Positions 33,401-50,237 of a stretch of DNA of 64,000 nucleotides are shown here, piece after piece. The DNA is from the human T2T-CHM13v2.0 reference genome, Homo sapiens, in NCBI RefSeq assembly GCF_009914755.1, contig NC_060937.1. One strand, 5' to 3'. Within the stretch, counting starts at the first letter, position 1. Each line of letters begins with the position of its first letter. The translations under genes were made by a program, and so were the position numbers. Under the pieces are notes generated by a model. The model was not told the DNA's origin. It saw only the letters and a list, made by a program, of their open reading frames with translations, and did no database searches.

Positions 33401-36400
33401 CCTGCTGAATCAAAAAAATGTTTAAACTCTGTGAGATGGATGCACACTTTACAACGAGGTTTCTCAGAAATCTTCTGTCCATTTTTTATGTGAAGATATT
33501 TCCTTTTTCACCATAGCACTCAAAGTCCTGACAAATATTCCTTGCAGATTCTACAAAAAGACTGTTTCCAGACTGCTCAATCAAAAGAATGGTTCAACTC
33601 TGTGAGATGATTGCACACATCACAAAGAAGCCACTAAGAAAGCTTCTGTCTAGTTTTTAAGTGAAGATATTTCCTGTTTCACCATAGGCCTCAAAGCACT
33701 CACAAATATCCCTTTGCAGATTCTACAAGAACAGAGATTCCAGACTGATCAGAGAAAATAAACGTTTACTTCTGTGAGATCAGTGCACACATGACAAAGC
33801 TGTTGCTAAGAACCCTTCTTTATACATTTTATATGAATATATTTCCTTTTTCACCATTGGCCTCAAAGCGCTCATAAATATCCCTTTGCAGATTCCACAA
33901 ACAGACGGTTTCCATACTGCTCAATCAAAAGTAAGTTTCATCTTTGTGAGATGAATGCCCACATCACAAAGAGGTTTCTCAGAAAGCCTCTCACTAATTT
34001 TTATGTGAAGATATTTCCTTTTTCACCATAGGCCTCAAAGCGCTCACAAATATCCCTTTGCAGACTCTACGAGAACAGTTGCCAGACTGACCAGAGAAAA
34101 GAAACATTTACCTCTGTGAGACGAGTGCATACATCACAAAGCTGTTTCTGAGAAACCATGTTTATACTTTTTATGTGAATATATTTCCTTTTTCACCATA
34201 GGTCTTAAAGCACTCATAAATATCCCTTTGCAGATTCTACAAAAAGACTGTTTCCAAACTGTTCAATCAAAAGAATGGTTGAACTCTATGAGATGAATGC
34301 AAACATCACAAAGAAGTTTCTCACAAAGCTGTTTAGTTTTTATGTGAAGATATCTCCTATTTCATCTTAGGTCTCATAGCTCTCAAAAATATGCCTTTAC
34401 GGATTCTACAAAAATACTGTATCCAAATTGCTCAATCCAAAGAGAGGTTCAAATCTGTGACATGAATGCACACATCACAAGGAGGTTTCTCAGAAAGCTT
34501 CTCTCTAGTTTTCCTGTGAAAATATTTCCTTTTCCACCATAGGCTTCAAAGCATCACAAATATCCCTTTGCAGATTCTACCTACCAAAGTACTGTTTACA
34601 AACCGCTCAATCAAAAGAATGTTTCAACTCTGTGAGATGAATTCTCGCATCTCCAAGATGTTTCACAGAAAGCTTCTGTCTAGTTTTTATGTGAAGATAA
34701 TTCCTTTTTCACCATAAACCTCAAAGCGCTGACAAATATCCTTTTGCAGATTTTACAAGAACAGAATTTCCAATCTGCTCAATGAAGGGAAATAGTTACC
34801 TCTGTGGGATGAAAGCACACATCACAAAGCAGTTTCTCAGAAATATTCTGTCTAGTATTTATGTAAAGATAATTCCTTTTTCAACACAGGACACAAAGCG
34901 CTAACTAATAACACTTTGGAAATTCTACAAAATACTGTCTCCAAACTGCTCATCAAAAGAAAGTTTCATCTCTATGCAATGAATGTATATATCAAAAAGA
35001 TGTTTCTCAGAAATCTTCTATCTTGTTTTTATGTGAGTGTGTTTCCTTTTTCACCATGGGCCTCAAAGTGCTCAAAAATATCCCTTTGCAGATCCTAAAA
35101 AAAGACTGTTTCCAAACTGCTGAATGAAAGGAATGCTTCAACTCTGTGAGATGAATGCACACATCACAAAGAAGTTTCTCACAAACCTTCTTTATAGTTT
35201 TTATGTGAAGATATTTCTTTTTAACCATAGACCTCAAAGCACTCACAAATATACCTTTGCAGATTCTACAAAAAGACGGTTTCCCAACTGCTCAATCAAA
35301 AGAATTGTTGAACTCTGTGAGATGAATGCATACATCACAAAGCAGTTTGTCAGAATTCTTTAGTCTAGTTTTTATGTGAAGATATTTTCTCTTTCACCAT
35401 AGGCCTCAAAGTGCTCAGAAATATCCCTTTACAGATTCCACAAAAAGACGTTTCCAAACTGCTCAATCAAAAGAAAGTTTCAATTCTGTGAGATGAATGC
35501 ACACATCACCAACAAGTTTCTCAGGATGCTTCTGCCTAGTTTTTATGTGAAGACAATTCCTTTTTCACCATAGGGCTCTATGAACTCAAAAATATCCCTT
35601 AGCAGATTCTAAAACAACAGAGTTTGCCATATTATCAAAGAAAAGAATCGTTTAACTCTGTGAGATGAAAGCAGACATCACAAAACAGTTTCTCAGAAAA
35701 CTTCTTTATAGTTTTCTATGAAGATACTTCTTTTTCTGCATAGGCCTCAAAGTGCTCACAAATATCCGTTTGCAGATTCTGCAAAAATACTGTTTCCAAA
35801 CTGCTGAAGCAAAAGAGAGGTTCAAATCTGTGAGATGAATGCACATATCACAAAGAGGTATCTCAGAATCTTTCCTTATACTTTGTATGTGAAGATATTT
35901 CCTTTGTCAACATAAGCCTCAAAGTGATCAAAAATACTCCTTTTCAGATTGTACAAGAACAGAGTTTCCAGACTGATCAGAGAAAAGAAATGCTTACCTC
36001 TGCGAGATGAGTGCACACATCACAAGGCTGTTTTTAGGAAACCTGCTTCACAGTTCTTATGTGAAGGTATGTTTTTTCCACCATAGGCCTCACAGCATTC
36101 CAAATATCCACTAGCAGATTTTACAAAAAGAGTGTTTCAAAACTGCTCAATCAAAGGAAAGGTTGAACTCTGTGAGATGAATGCAAACATCACAAAGGAG
36201 TTTCTCAGAATGCTTCTGTCTAATTTTTATGTTAAGGTATTTCCCTTTCCACCATAGGCATCAAAGTGCTCCAAATATCCACATGCAGATACGACAAAAA
36301 GACTGTTTCCAAACTGCTCAATCAAAAGTGTGGTTCAACTCTCTGAGATGAATACACACATAACTAAGAAGTTTCTCAGAATGCTTCTGTCTAGTTTTCA

Positions 36401-36570
36401 TATGAAGATATTTCCTTTTCCAACATAGGCCTCAAATCGCCCAAAATATCCACTTGTAGATTCTACAAAAAGAATATTTCAAAACTGGTCTATCAAAAGA
36501 AAATTTGAACTCGGTGAGATGAACACACACATCACAAAGAAGTTTCTCAGAATGCTTCTGTCTAGTTTTC
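30491..36570 (-). repeat. Alpha satellite, divergent monomeric, inverted orientation
   Basis: Reverse-complement units GATGAATGCACACATCACAAAGAAGTTTCTCAG...AAATATCCCTTTGCAGATTCTAC. Confidence 0.97.
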
Positions 36571-40794
<4,224 letters not shown>

Positions 40795-40827
<33 letters not shown>

Positions 40828-42193
40828 CCTTAAGTTTTAGGGTACATGTGCACAATGTGCAGGTTAGTTACATATGTATACATGTGCCATGCTGGTGTGC
40901 TGCACCCATAAACTCGTCATTTAGCATGATATATGTCTCCTAAAGCTATCTCTACCCCCTCCCCCCACCTCACAACAGTTCCTAGAGTGTGATGTTCCCC
41001 TTCCTGTGTCCATGTGTTCTCATTGTTCAATTCCCACCTAAGAGTGAGAATATACAGTGTTTGGTTTTTTGTTCTTCTGATAGTTTACTGAGAATGATGA
41101 TTTCCAATTTCATCCATGTCCCTACAAAGGACATGAAGTCATCATTTTTTATGGCTGCTTATTATTCCATGGTGTATATGTGCCGCATTTTCTTAATCCA
41201 GTCTATTATTTTTGGACATTTGAGTTGGTTCCAAGTCTTTGCTATTGTGAATAGTGCCACAATAAACATACGTGTGCATGTGTCTTTATAGCAGCATGAT
41301 TTACAGTCCTTTCGGTATATACCCAGTAATGGGATGGCTGGATCAAATGGTATTTGTAGTTTTAGATCCCTGAGGAATTGCCACACTGACTTCCACAATG
41401 GTTGAACTAGTTTACAGTCCCACCAACAGTGTAAATGTGTTCCTGTTTCTCCACATGCTCTCCAGCACCTGTTGTTTCCTGACTTTTTAATGATTGCCAT
41501 TCTAACTGGTGTGAGATGGTATCACATTGCAGTTTTGATTTGCATTTCTCTGATGGCCAGGGATGGTGAGCATTTTTTCATGTGTTTTTTGGCTGCATAA
41601 ATGTCTTCTTTTGAGAAGTGTCTGTTCATGTCCTTCGCCCACTTTTTGATGGGGTTGTTTGTTTTTTTCCTGTAAATTTGTTTGAGTTTATTGTAGATTC
41701 TGGATATTAGCCCTCTGTCAGATGAGTAGGTTGTGAAAATTTTCTCCCATTTTGTAGGCTGCCTGTTCACCCTGAAGGTAGTTTCTTTTGCTGTGCAGAA
41801 GCTCTGGTTTAATTAGATCCCATATGTCAATTTTGGCTTGTGTTTCCTTTGCTTTTGGTGTTTTAGACATGAAGTCTTTCCTATGATTATGTCCTGAATG
41901 GTAAAGCCTAGGTTTTCCTCCAGGGTTTTCATGGTTTGAGGTCTAACGTTTAAGTCTTTAATCTATCTTGAATTAATTTTTGTATAAGCTGTAAGAAAGG
42001 GATCCAATTTCAGCTTTCTACATGTGTCTAACCATTTTTCCCAGTACCATTTATTAAATAGGAAATCCTGCCCCCATTGCTTGTTTTTCTCAGGTTTGTA
42101 GAAGATCAGATAGTTGTAGACACGTGGCATTATTTCTGAGGGCTCTGTTCTGTTCCATTGACTATATCTCTGTTTTGGTAGCAGTACCATGCT
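40795..42193 (-). mobile_element. 5'-truncated L1PA3-like element, ~1.4 kb, (TAT)n tail, imperfect TSD
   Basis: (TAT)n at 40794-40826, L1 3'UTR and ORF2 C-terminal peptides. Flanks are ATGCTTCTGTGGTTTTTA (40778-40795) and ATGCTTCTGTATAGTTTTTA (42189-42208). Confidence 0.93.
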
Positions 42194-45100
42194 TCTGTAT
42201 AGTTTTTATGTGAAGTTAATACCTTTTCCAACTTAGGCTGAGAACGGCTCCAAATATCCACTTGCAGATGCTACAAAGAGAGAGTTTCAAAACTGCTCTA
42301 TCAAAATATAGGTTCAACTCTGTAAGTTGAATGCACACATCACAAAGAAGTTTCTCAGAATGCTTCTCTGTAGTTTTTATGTGAAGATATTTCCTTTACA
42401 ACAATAGGCCTAAAAGTGCTCCAAATATCCACTTGCAGATTCTACAAAAAGAGTGTTTCCAAACTGCTCAATCAAAAGAGAGGTTGAACTCTGTGAGATG
42501 AATGCACACATCACTAAGAAGTTTCTCAGAATGCTTCTGTGTAGTTTTTCTGTGAAGATATTCCTTTTTCCACCATAGGCTTCAAAGGGCTCCAAATATC
42601 CACTTGGAGATTCTACAAAAAGAGAGTTTCAAAACTGCTCTATCAAAAGATAGTTTCAACTCTGTGAGTTGAATGCCCACATCACAAAGTAGATTCTCAG
42701 AATGCTTCTGGGTAGTTTTTATGTGAAGATATTTCCTTTTCCACGATACGCCTCAAAGTGCTCCAAATATCCACTTGCAGATTCTACAAGAAGAGTGTTT
42801 CCAAACTGGTCAATGCAAAGAAAGGTTCAAGTCTGTGACAGGAATGCACACATCACAAAGAAGTTTCTCAGAATGCTTCTGTGTAGTTTTTCTGTGAAGA
42901 TATTCCTTTTTCCACCATAGGCTTCAAAGGGCTCCAAATATCCACTTGGAGATTCTACAAAAAGAGAGTTTCAAAACTGCTCTATCAAAAGATAGTTTCA
43001 ACTCTGTGAGTTGAATGCACACATCACAAAGTAGATTCTCAGAATGCTTCTGGGTAGTTTTTATGTGAAGATATTTCCTTTTCCACGATACGCCTCAAAG
43101 TGCTCCAAATATCCACTTGCAGATTCTACAAGAAGAGTGTTTCCAAACTGGTCAATGCAAAGAAAGGTTCAAGTCTGTGACAGGAATGCACACATCACAA
43201 AGAAGTTTCTTAGAATGTTTCTGTGTAGTTTTTATGTGAAGATATTTCCTTTTCAACAATAAGCCTAAAAGCGCTCCAAATATCCACGTGCAGATTCTGC
43301 AAAGAGTGTTTCCAAACTGCTCAATCAAAAGAGAGGTTGAACTCTGTGAGATAAATGTAAACATCACTAAAAAGTTTCTCAGAATGCTTCTGTGTAGTTT
43401 TTCTGTGTAGATATTCCTTTTTCCACCATAGGTTTCAAAGGACTCCAAATATCCAATTGCAGATTCTAGAAAAAGAGAATTTCAAAGCTGCTCTCTCAAA
43501 AGGTAGGTTCAACTATGTGATTTAAATGCACACATCACAAAGTAGATTCTCAGAATGCTTCTGGGTAGTTTTTATGTGAAGATATTTCATTTTCCACCAT
43601 ACGCCTCAAAGCGCTCCAAATATCCACTTGCAGATTCTGCAAAAAGAGTGTTTCCAAACTGTTCAATCAAAAGAAGGGTTCAACTCTGAGATAAATGCAC
43701 AGATCACAAAGAATTTTCTGAGAGTGCTTCTGTGTAGATTTTATGTGAAGATATTTCCTTTCCACAATAGACCACAAAGCGCCCCAAATATGCACTTACA
43801 TTTAATACAAAAAGACTGTTTCAAAACAGCTCAATCAAAAGAAAGGTTCAACTCCGTGAGATGAATGCACAAATCACAAAGAAGGTTCTCGGAATAATTC
43901 TGTGTAGTTTTTATGGAAAGATATTTCCTTTTCCACCATTGACCACAAAGGGCTCAAATTTCCACTTGTAGAGTCTACAAAAAGAGAGTTTCAAAACTGC
44001 TCATTCAAAAGATAGGCTCAACTCTGTGAGTTGAATGAACACAACACAAAGAAGTTTTTCAGAATTCTTCTGTGTGGTTTTTATGTGATCATATTTCCTT
44101 TTCCAAGATAGGCATAAAATCTCTCCAAATATCCCCTTGCAATTTCTACAAAAAGAGTGCTTCCATACTGCTCAACCAAAAGACAGGTTCAACTATGTGA
44201 GATGAATGCACACATGAAAAGGAAGTTTCTCAGAATGATACTGTGTAGTTTTTATGTTAAGATATTTCCTCTTGCAACATAGGCCACAAAGGGCTCCAAA
44301 TATCCGCTTGCATATACTAGAAAAAGAGTTTTTACAAACTGCTCAATAAAAAGAAAGCTTCATATCTGTGAGATGAATGCACACATCACAAAGAAGTTTC
44401 TCAGAATGCTTCTGTGTAGTTTTTATGTGAAGATATTTCCTTTCCATGCAGGCCCAAAGTGCTCCAAATATCCATTTGAAGATTCTACAAAAAGTGTTTC
44501 AAAACTGCTCAATCAAAATAAATGTTCAACTCTGTGAGATAAAAGCAAGCATCACAAAGAAGTTTCTAAGAATGCTTCTGTGTAGTTTTTATGTGAAGAT
44601 ATTTCCTTTTCCATCATAGGCCTCAAAGCGCTGCAAATATCCACTTGCCGATTCTACAAAAAGAGTGTTTCCAAACTAGTCAATCAAAAGAAAAGTTCAA
44701 CTCTGTGAGATGAATGCACACATTGCAAAGGTGGTTCCCAGAATGCTTCTGAGTAGCTTTTCTTGGAAGATATTTCGTTTTCCACCATAGGCCACAAAGG
44801 GTTCCAAACATCCACTTGTACATTCTACAAAAAGAGAGTTTAAAATCTGATCTATCAAAAGATAAGTTCAACTCTGTGAGTTGAATGCACACATCACAAA
44901 GAAGTTTCTCAGAATGCTTCTTTGTAGTTTTTATGTGAAGATATTTCCTTTTCCACATAGGCCTCAAAGAGCTCCAAATACACAGTTGTAGATCCTATGG
45001 AAGGATTGTTTCAAAACTGCAGAATCAAAAGAAAGGTTCAACTCTGTGAGATGAATGCACACGTTAGAAAGAAGTTTCTCAGAATGATTCTGTGTAGTTT

Positions 45101-48100
45101 TTATGTGAAGATATTTCCTTTTCCACAATAGGCCTCAAAGCACTCCAAATATCCACTTGCAGTTTCTACAAAATTGTGTTTCCAAACTGCTCAATCAGAG
45201 AAAGGTTCAACTCTGTGAGATGAATGAACATATCACAAAGAAGTTTCTCAGAATGCTTCTGTTTAGTTTTTATTGGAAGATATTTCCTTTTCCACCATAG
45301 GAGACAAAGGGCTGCAAATATCCACTTGCAGATTCTACAAATATAGAGTTTCAAAACTGCTCTATTAAAAGATAAGGTCAACTCTGTGAGTTGAATGCAC
45401 ACATCAAAAAGTACTTTCTCAGAATGCTTCTGTGTAGTTTTTATGTGAACATATTTCCTTTTCCACCAAAGTCCTCAAAGGGCTCAAAATACTCACTTGC
45501 AGATTCTACAAATAGAGAGTTTTGAAACTGCTCAATCAAAATATAGGTTCAACTCTGTGAGTTGAATGCACACATCACAAAGTTGTCTCTCAGAAGGCTT
45601 CTGTGTAGTTTTTATGTGAAGATATTTCGTTTTCCGCAATAGGCCTGAAAGCACTCCAAATATCCACTTGCAGATTCCACAAAAAGTGTGTTTCCAAAGT
45701 GCTCAATCAAAAGAACGGTTCAACTCTGTGAGATGAAACCACACATCGCAAAGAAGTTTCTCCGAGTGTTTCTGTGTAGTTTCTATGGGAAAATATTTCC
45801 TTTTCTGCCATCTGCCTCAAAGGGCCCCAAATATCCACTGGCAAACTCTACAAAAAGAGTGTTTTGAAACTGCTAAATCAAAGGAACGGTTCAACTCCGT
45901 GAGATGAATGCACACATCACAAAGAAGTCTCTCAGAATGCTTCTGTGTAGTTTTTATATGTAGATATTTACTTTTTCACAATAGGCCTCAAAGCGCTCCA
46001 AATATGCACTTGCAGATTTTACAAAAAGAGTTTTTAAACACTGCTTAATCAAAAGAAAGCTTCAACTCTGTGAGATGAATGCACACATCACAGAGAAGTT
46101 TCTCAGAATGTTTCTTTCTAGTTTTTATTGGAAGATATTTCCTTTTCCAACATAAGCCACAAAGGGCTTCAAATATCCAGTTGCAGATTCTACAAAAAGA
46201 GAGTTTGCAAACTGCTGAATCAAAACAAAAGTTCAACTCTGTGCAATGAATGCACTCATCACAAAGAAGTTTCTGAGAATGCTTCTGTGTAGTTTTTATG
46301 TGAAGATATTTCCTTTTCCACAATAGGTGTCAGAGCACTCCAATTATGCACTTGCAGATTCTACAAAAAAAGTGTTTCAAAACTGTCCCATCAAATTGAA
46401 GGTTCAACTCTGTGAGACGAATGTACACATCACAAAGTAGTTTCTCAGAATGCTTCTGTGTAGCTTTTATGTGAAGATATTTCCTTTTCCACCATAGGCT
46501 GTAAAGGGCTCCACATATCCACTTGCAGATTCTACAAGAAGAGGGTTTTAAAACTGGTCTATCAAAAGATAGGTTCAACTCCGTGAGTAGCATGCAAACA
46601 TCACAAAGAAGTTTCTCAGAATGCTTCTGTGTAGTTTTTATGTGGAGATATTTCCTTATCCACAATAGGCTGCAACGGGCTCCAAATATCCACTTGCAGA
46701 TTCTACAAAAGGAGTGTTTCCAAACTGCTCAATCAAAATTAAGGTTCAACTCTGTGAGATGAAAGCACACATCACAAATAAGTTTCTCAAAATGCTTCTG
46801 TGTAATTTCTTTGGGAAGATGTTTCCTTTTCCACCATCTGCCACAAAGGGTTCCAAATATCCAATTGCAGATTCTAAAAAACGGGAGCTTCAAAACAGTT
46901 CTATAGAAACATAGGTTGAACTCAGTGCGTTGAATACGCACTTCACAAAGAAGTTTCTCTGAATGCTTCTGTGTAGTTTCTATGTAAAGATATTTCCTTT
47001 GCCACCATAGGCCTCAAAGCACTCCAAATATCCACTTGCAGATTCTAAAAAGAAAGTGTTTCGAAACTGCTCAATCAAAAGAAAGGTTCAACTCTGTGAG
47101 ATAAATCCGCACATCACAAAGAATTTTCTCAGAATGCTTCTGTGTAGTTTTTATGTGAAGATATTTCCTTTTCCACCATAGATCACAAAGCACTCAAAAT
47201 ATCCACTTGCAGATTCTACAAAAATGGTGTTTCCAAACCGCTCAATGAAAAGAAAGGTTCAACTCTGTGAGATGAAAGCACACATCACAAAAAAGTTTCT
47301 GAAAATGCGTCTGTGTAGTTTTTATGTGAAGATATTTCCTTTTCCACAATAGGTCTCAAATAGCTTCCAATATCCACTTGCAGATCCTATAAAAAGAGGG
47401 TTTCAAAACTGCTCAATCAAAAGAAAGGTTCAACTCTGTGAGCTGAATGCAGACATCACAAAGAAGTTTCTCCGAATGCTTCTGTGTAGTATTTAGGTGA
47501 AGATATTTCCTTTTCCACCATAGGCCTCAAACAGCTCAAAATATCCACTTGACGACAGTATAAAAAGATTGTTTCCAAACTGTTCAATCAAAAGAGAGTT
47601 TCACCTCTGTGAGATGAATGCACATATCACAAAGAAGTTTCTCAGGATGATTCTGTGTAGTTTTTATGTGAAGATATTTCCTATTCCACCCATAGGCCTC
47701 AAAGTGCTCCAAATATCCACTTGCAGATTCTACAAATAGAGTGTTTCCAAACTGCTCCATCAGAAGAAAGGTTTAACTCTGTGAGATGAATGCGCACATC
47801 ACAGAGATGTTTCTCAGAATGCTTCTGTGTAGTTGTTATATGAATATATGTCCTTTTCCTACACAGACCTCAAATCTCTCCAAATATCTACTTGCAGATC
47901 CTACAAAAAGAGTGTTTCCAAACTGCTTAATCAAAAAAAATGTTCAAATCTGTCAGATGAATGCACACATCATAAGGAAGTTTCTCAGATTGCTTCTGTG
48001 TCGTTTTCATGTGAAGATATTTCCTTTTCCAACAAAGGCTTCAAAGGGCTTCCAATATCCACTTGCAGATTCTACAAAAACAATGTTTGCAAACTGCTCA

Positions 48101-50235
48101 ATTAAAAGAAATTTTGAACTCTGTGGCATGAATGCGCACATCACAAAGAAGTTTCTCAGAATGCTTCTGTGTAGTTTTTATGTGAAGATATTTCCTTTTC
48201 CAGCATAGGCCTCAAAGCGCTCCAAATATCCACTTGCAGATTCTTCCAAAAGATTGTTTCCATACTGCTCAATCAAAGAAAGATTCAACTATGTGAGAGG
48301 AATGCATACATCACAAAGAAGTTTCTCAGAATGCTTCCGTGTAGTTTCCCTTTCCAAAATAGGGTGGAAAGGTTTACAAATATCCACTTGCAGATTGTAC
48401 AAAAAGAGAGATTCAAAACTACTCAATCAAAAGATAGGTTCAACTCTGTGAGATGAATGCACACATCACAAAGAAGTTTCTGAGAATGCTTCCGTGTAGT
48501 TTTTATGTGAAGATATTCTTTTTCCAAAATAGGCCACAAATCGCTCCAAATATCCACTTGCAGATTGCACAAAAAGAGTGTTCCCAAACTGCTCAATCAA
48601 AAGAAATGTTCAACTGTGAGTTGAATGCACACATCATAAAGAAGTTTCTGAGAATGCTTCTATCTGGATTTTCTGTGAAGATATTTAATTTTCCACCATA
48701 GACCTCAAAGCTGTCCAAATGTCCACTTGCAGATTGTACAAAAAGAGTGTTTCAAAACTGCTCTATCAAAAGAAAGGTTCAACTCTGTGAGTTGAATGCA
48801 CACATCACAAAGAAGTTTCTCAGAATGCTTCTGTGTACCTTTTATGTGAAGATATTTACTTTTCTACAATAGTCCTCAAAGCGTTCCAAATATCCACTTG
48901 CAGATTCTACAAAAAGAGTGCTTCCAAACTGCTCAATCAAACGAAATGGTTCAACTCTGTGAGTTGAATGCACTCATCACAAAGAAGTTTCTCAGAATAC
49001 CTCTGTGTAATTTTTATGTGAAGATATTTACTTTTCCACAGTAGGCCTCAAAGCACTCCAAATATCCAATTTCAGATTCTACAAAAAGAATGTTTCCAAG
49101 CTGCATGATCAAAAGAGAGGTTCAGCACTGTGAGATGAATGCACCCATCACAAAGAAGTTGCTGAGAATGCTTCTGTGTAGTTTTTATGTGAAAATATTT
49201 CCTTTTAAAAATATGCTGGAAAGGGCTCCCAATATCCACTTGCAGATTCTACAAAAAGAGACATGGAAAACTGCACAATTGAAAAATAGGTTCAACTCTG
49301 TGAGTGGAATGCAAACGTCACAGAGAAGTTCCTCAGAATTCTTCGGTGTAGTTTTTATGTGAAGATATTTCCTTTTCCACCATAGGCCTCAAAGCGCTCT
49401 TATATCCCCTGGCAGATTCAACAAAAAGAGTGTTTCAAAACCGTTCTATCAAAAGATAGGTTCAACTCTGAGTTGAAAGCACACATTCACAATGAAGTTT
49501 CTCAGAATGCTTCTGTGTAGTTTTTATGTGAAGATTTTTCCTTTTCCACCATAGGCCCCAAATCACTCCAAATATCCACTTGCAGATTCTACAAAAAGAG
49601 AGTTTCAAAATTGCTCTTTAAAAAGATTGGTTCAGCCTGGAGAGGTGAAGGCACACATCACAAAGAAGTTTCTCAGAATGCTTCTGTGTATTTTTTATGG
49701 GAAGATATATCCTTTTCCACAATAGGCCTCAAAGCGCTCCAAATATCCACTTGCAGATTCTACAAAAAGAGTGTTTTAAAACTGCTCAATCAAAAGAAAG
49801 GTTCAACTCTGTGAGACGAATGCAAACAAAACAAAGAATTTTCTGAGAATGCTTCTGTGTAGTTATGTGAATATATTTCCTTTTCCACAGTAGGCCTCTA
49901 AGCATTCCATATATCCACCTGCAGATTCTACAGAAACAGTGTTTCAAAACTGCTCAATCAAATGAAAGATTCAACTCTGTGAGATGAATGCACACATAAC
50001 AAAGAAGTTGTTCAGAATTCTTCTGTGTAGTTTTTATGGGAAGACATTTCCCTTACCACCATCAGACATAAAGGGCTCCAAATAACCACTTGCAGATTGT
50101 AGAAAAAGAGAGTTTCAAAACTGCTCTCAAAAGATAGGTTCAAAATTTTGAGTTGAATGCGCACATCACAGAGCAGTTTCTCAGAATGCTTCTGTGTAGT
50201 TTTTATGTGAAGATATTTCCTTTTCCACCATAGGC
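42194..50235 (-). repeat. Alpha satellite, monomeric (TGTGTAG-type layer)
   Basis: ~171-bp reverse-oriented units with local duplications. Confidence 0.97.
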
Positions 50236-50237
50236 AC

